Shown here one piece after another: positions 63,206-64,000 of a stretch of 64,000 nt of DNA. Position numbers and translations under genes: made by a program. Numbering within the stretch: the first letter of the stretch is position 1; each line of letters begins with the position of its first letter. Below the pieces are notes generated by a model. The model was not told the DNA's origin. It ran no database searches and saw only the letters and a program-made list of their open reading frames with translations. Source of the DNA: an uncultured Candidatus Bathyarchaeia archaeon (GTDB lineage Archaea > Thermoproteota > Bathyarchaeia > Bathyarchaeales > Bathyarchaeaceae); the NCBI GenBank assembly GCA_964418675.1, contig CAYQMM010000002.1:132875-196874 (forward strand). Direction: 5' to 3'.

Positions 63206-64000
63206 TCAGAAAGTGCATACGCCTGCTGGGCAGCCGCCTGAATACTCGGATTCAGCGCTTACGTGTTTTTCAGTAGCCATCTCTTTGGTTAAGAGTGGAC
63301 CTATGTACAGAACCTGCTCCTTCTTGCTTCCATAGCGGTAAACCGTTATCCCTTTGCACTTCAACTTGTAAGCCAGCAGATACACTCGTCTAACATCCTC
63401 CACGGTTGCATCGGGCGGAAGATTAACCGTCTTCGACACAGCATTGTCAACATACTTTTGGAAAACCGCCTGCATTCGCACATGCCACTCCGGCTCGATA
63501 TCCAAGGATGTTACAAAAATTCTCCGCACATCTTTCGGAATCATCTCCACCTTCTGTACAGAACCTGTCTTGGCAATCTCCAACATCAGTTCTCTGCTGT
63601 AGAATCCTTTCTCCTCTGCAATCTTTTCGAAGGTGGGCTGCGTCTCCAGCAATCTTGTGCCCTCCATGACGTTTCTGACAAAAGCCACTGCAAAGAGCGG
63701 TTCTATTCCCCCTGAGCAACCGGCAATTATGCTTATGGTTCCCGTGGGCGCAACTGTGGTGACAGTTGAGTTGCGAATCGTCTTGTAGCCTCTCTTTTCC
63801 CAGAGGCTGCCCCTGAAGTTGGGGAAAGCTCCTCTCTTCTCCCCTATCTCAACGGATTTCTTCGTAGCCTCTTCGCTGATGAATTTCATGATTTTTTCTC
63901 CCACGGCTAAGGCTTCCTCCGAATCGTAGGGAATTCCTAGGAGGATTAGCATGTCTGCGAAGCCCATGACTCCTAAGCCGATTTTTCTGTTAGCTCTTGT
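63206..64000 (-). CDS. nrdJ: adenosylcobalamin-dependent (class II) ribonucleotide reductase, C-terminal part (gene continues beyond the window)
   Basis: Frame is open to base 64000 (..ANRKIGLGVMGFADML). TVAPTGTISIIAGCSGGIEPLFA, SKTVNLP and KGITVYRYGSK are present, with a C-terminal Cys pair. Confidence 0.9.
   Translation of the reverse strand, partial: TRANRKIGLGVMGFADMLILLGIPYDSEEALAVGEKIMKFISEEATKKSVEIGEKRGAFPNFRGSLWEKRGYKTIRNSTVTTVAPTGTISIIAGCSGGIEPLFAVAFVRNVMEGTRLLETQPTFEKIAEEKGFYSRELMLEIAKTGSVQKVEMIPKDVRRIFVTSLDIEPEWHVRMQAVFQKYVDNAVSKTVNLPPDATVEDVRRVYLLAYKLKCKGITVYRYGSKKEQVLYIGPLLTKEMATEKHVSAESEYSGGCPAGVCTF

Noticed and set aside
1-64000. Window-wide scan for CRISPR arrays, transposases or IS elements, prophage genes, rRNA genes and inteins.
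   Set aside because: None were seen. The typical intein hosts present here (cdc48, rtcB, the nrdJ fragment) have uninterrupted conserved motifs.

Overview
This window reads as a densely coded archaeal chromosomal segment of about 70 genes on both strands. All calls come from reading the supplied translations and the DNA by eye, with family assignments made from remembered motifs and no database search.

The archaeal assignment rests on ribosomal proteins L15e and S17e, aEF-1beta, RNase P proteins Rpp30 and Pop5, an SRP (7S) RNA, FEN1, CDC48, RtcB, an EndA fragment and a crenarchaeal-type OB-fold SSB. tRNA genes carrying non-canonical introns point to a TACK/Thermoproteota-like lineage. I cannot name a taxon.

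Recognisable content:
- **Housekeeping:** hisS, glnA, fen, pcm, ogg, cdc48, rtcB and a partial class II RNR.
- **Metals and redox:** NikR with a ZnuABC/TroA-type transporter, rubrerythrin, a disrupted desulforedoxin, and PadR-ArsM.
- **RNA genes:** four tRNA genes, one with three predicted introns and one with a D-arm intron, plus the SRP RNA.
- **Envelope island (about 36.3-52.8 kb, plus 57.7-59.9 kb):** GT2 and GT4 glycosyltransferases, a DUF2079-like protein and a 1366-aa GT-C-like membrane protein. It also holds a methyltransferase and a 1008-aa secreted, sequon-rich candidate S-layer protein.

No CRISPR array, transposase, integrase or prophage was seen.

Most interesting items:
- the triple-intron tRNA-Arg(CCU);
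- the envelope island, including a GT4 gene that appears to start at ATA overlapping the upstream stop;
- an FtsK/HerA-type ATPase with an unusual C-terminal extension next to a cross-brace zinc-finger protein;
- an uncharacterised PH-like / zinc-ribbon / transglutaminase operon;
- two homopolymer-associated frameshifts;
- several operator-like inverted repeats.
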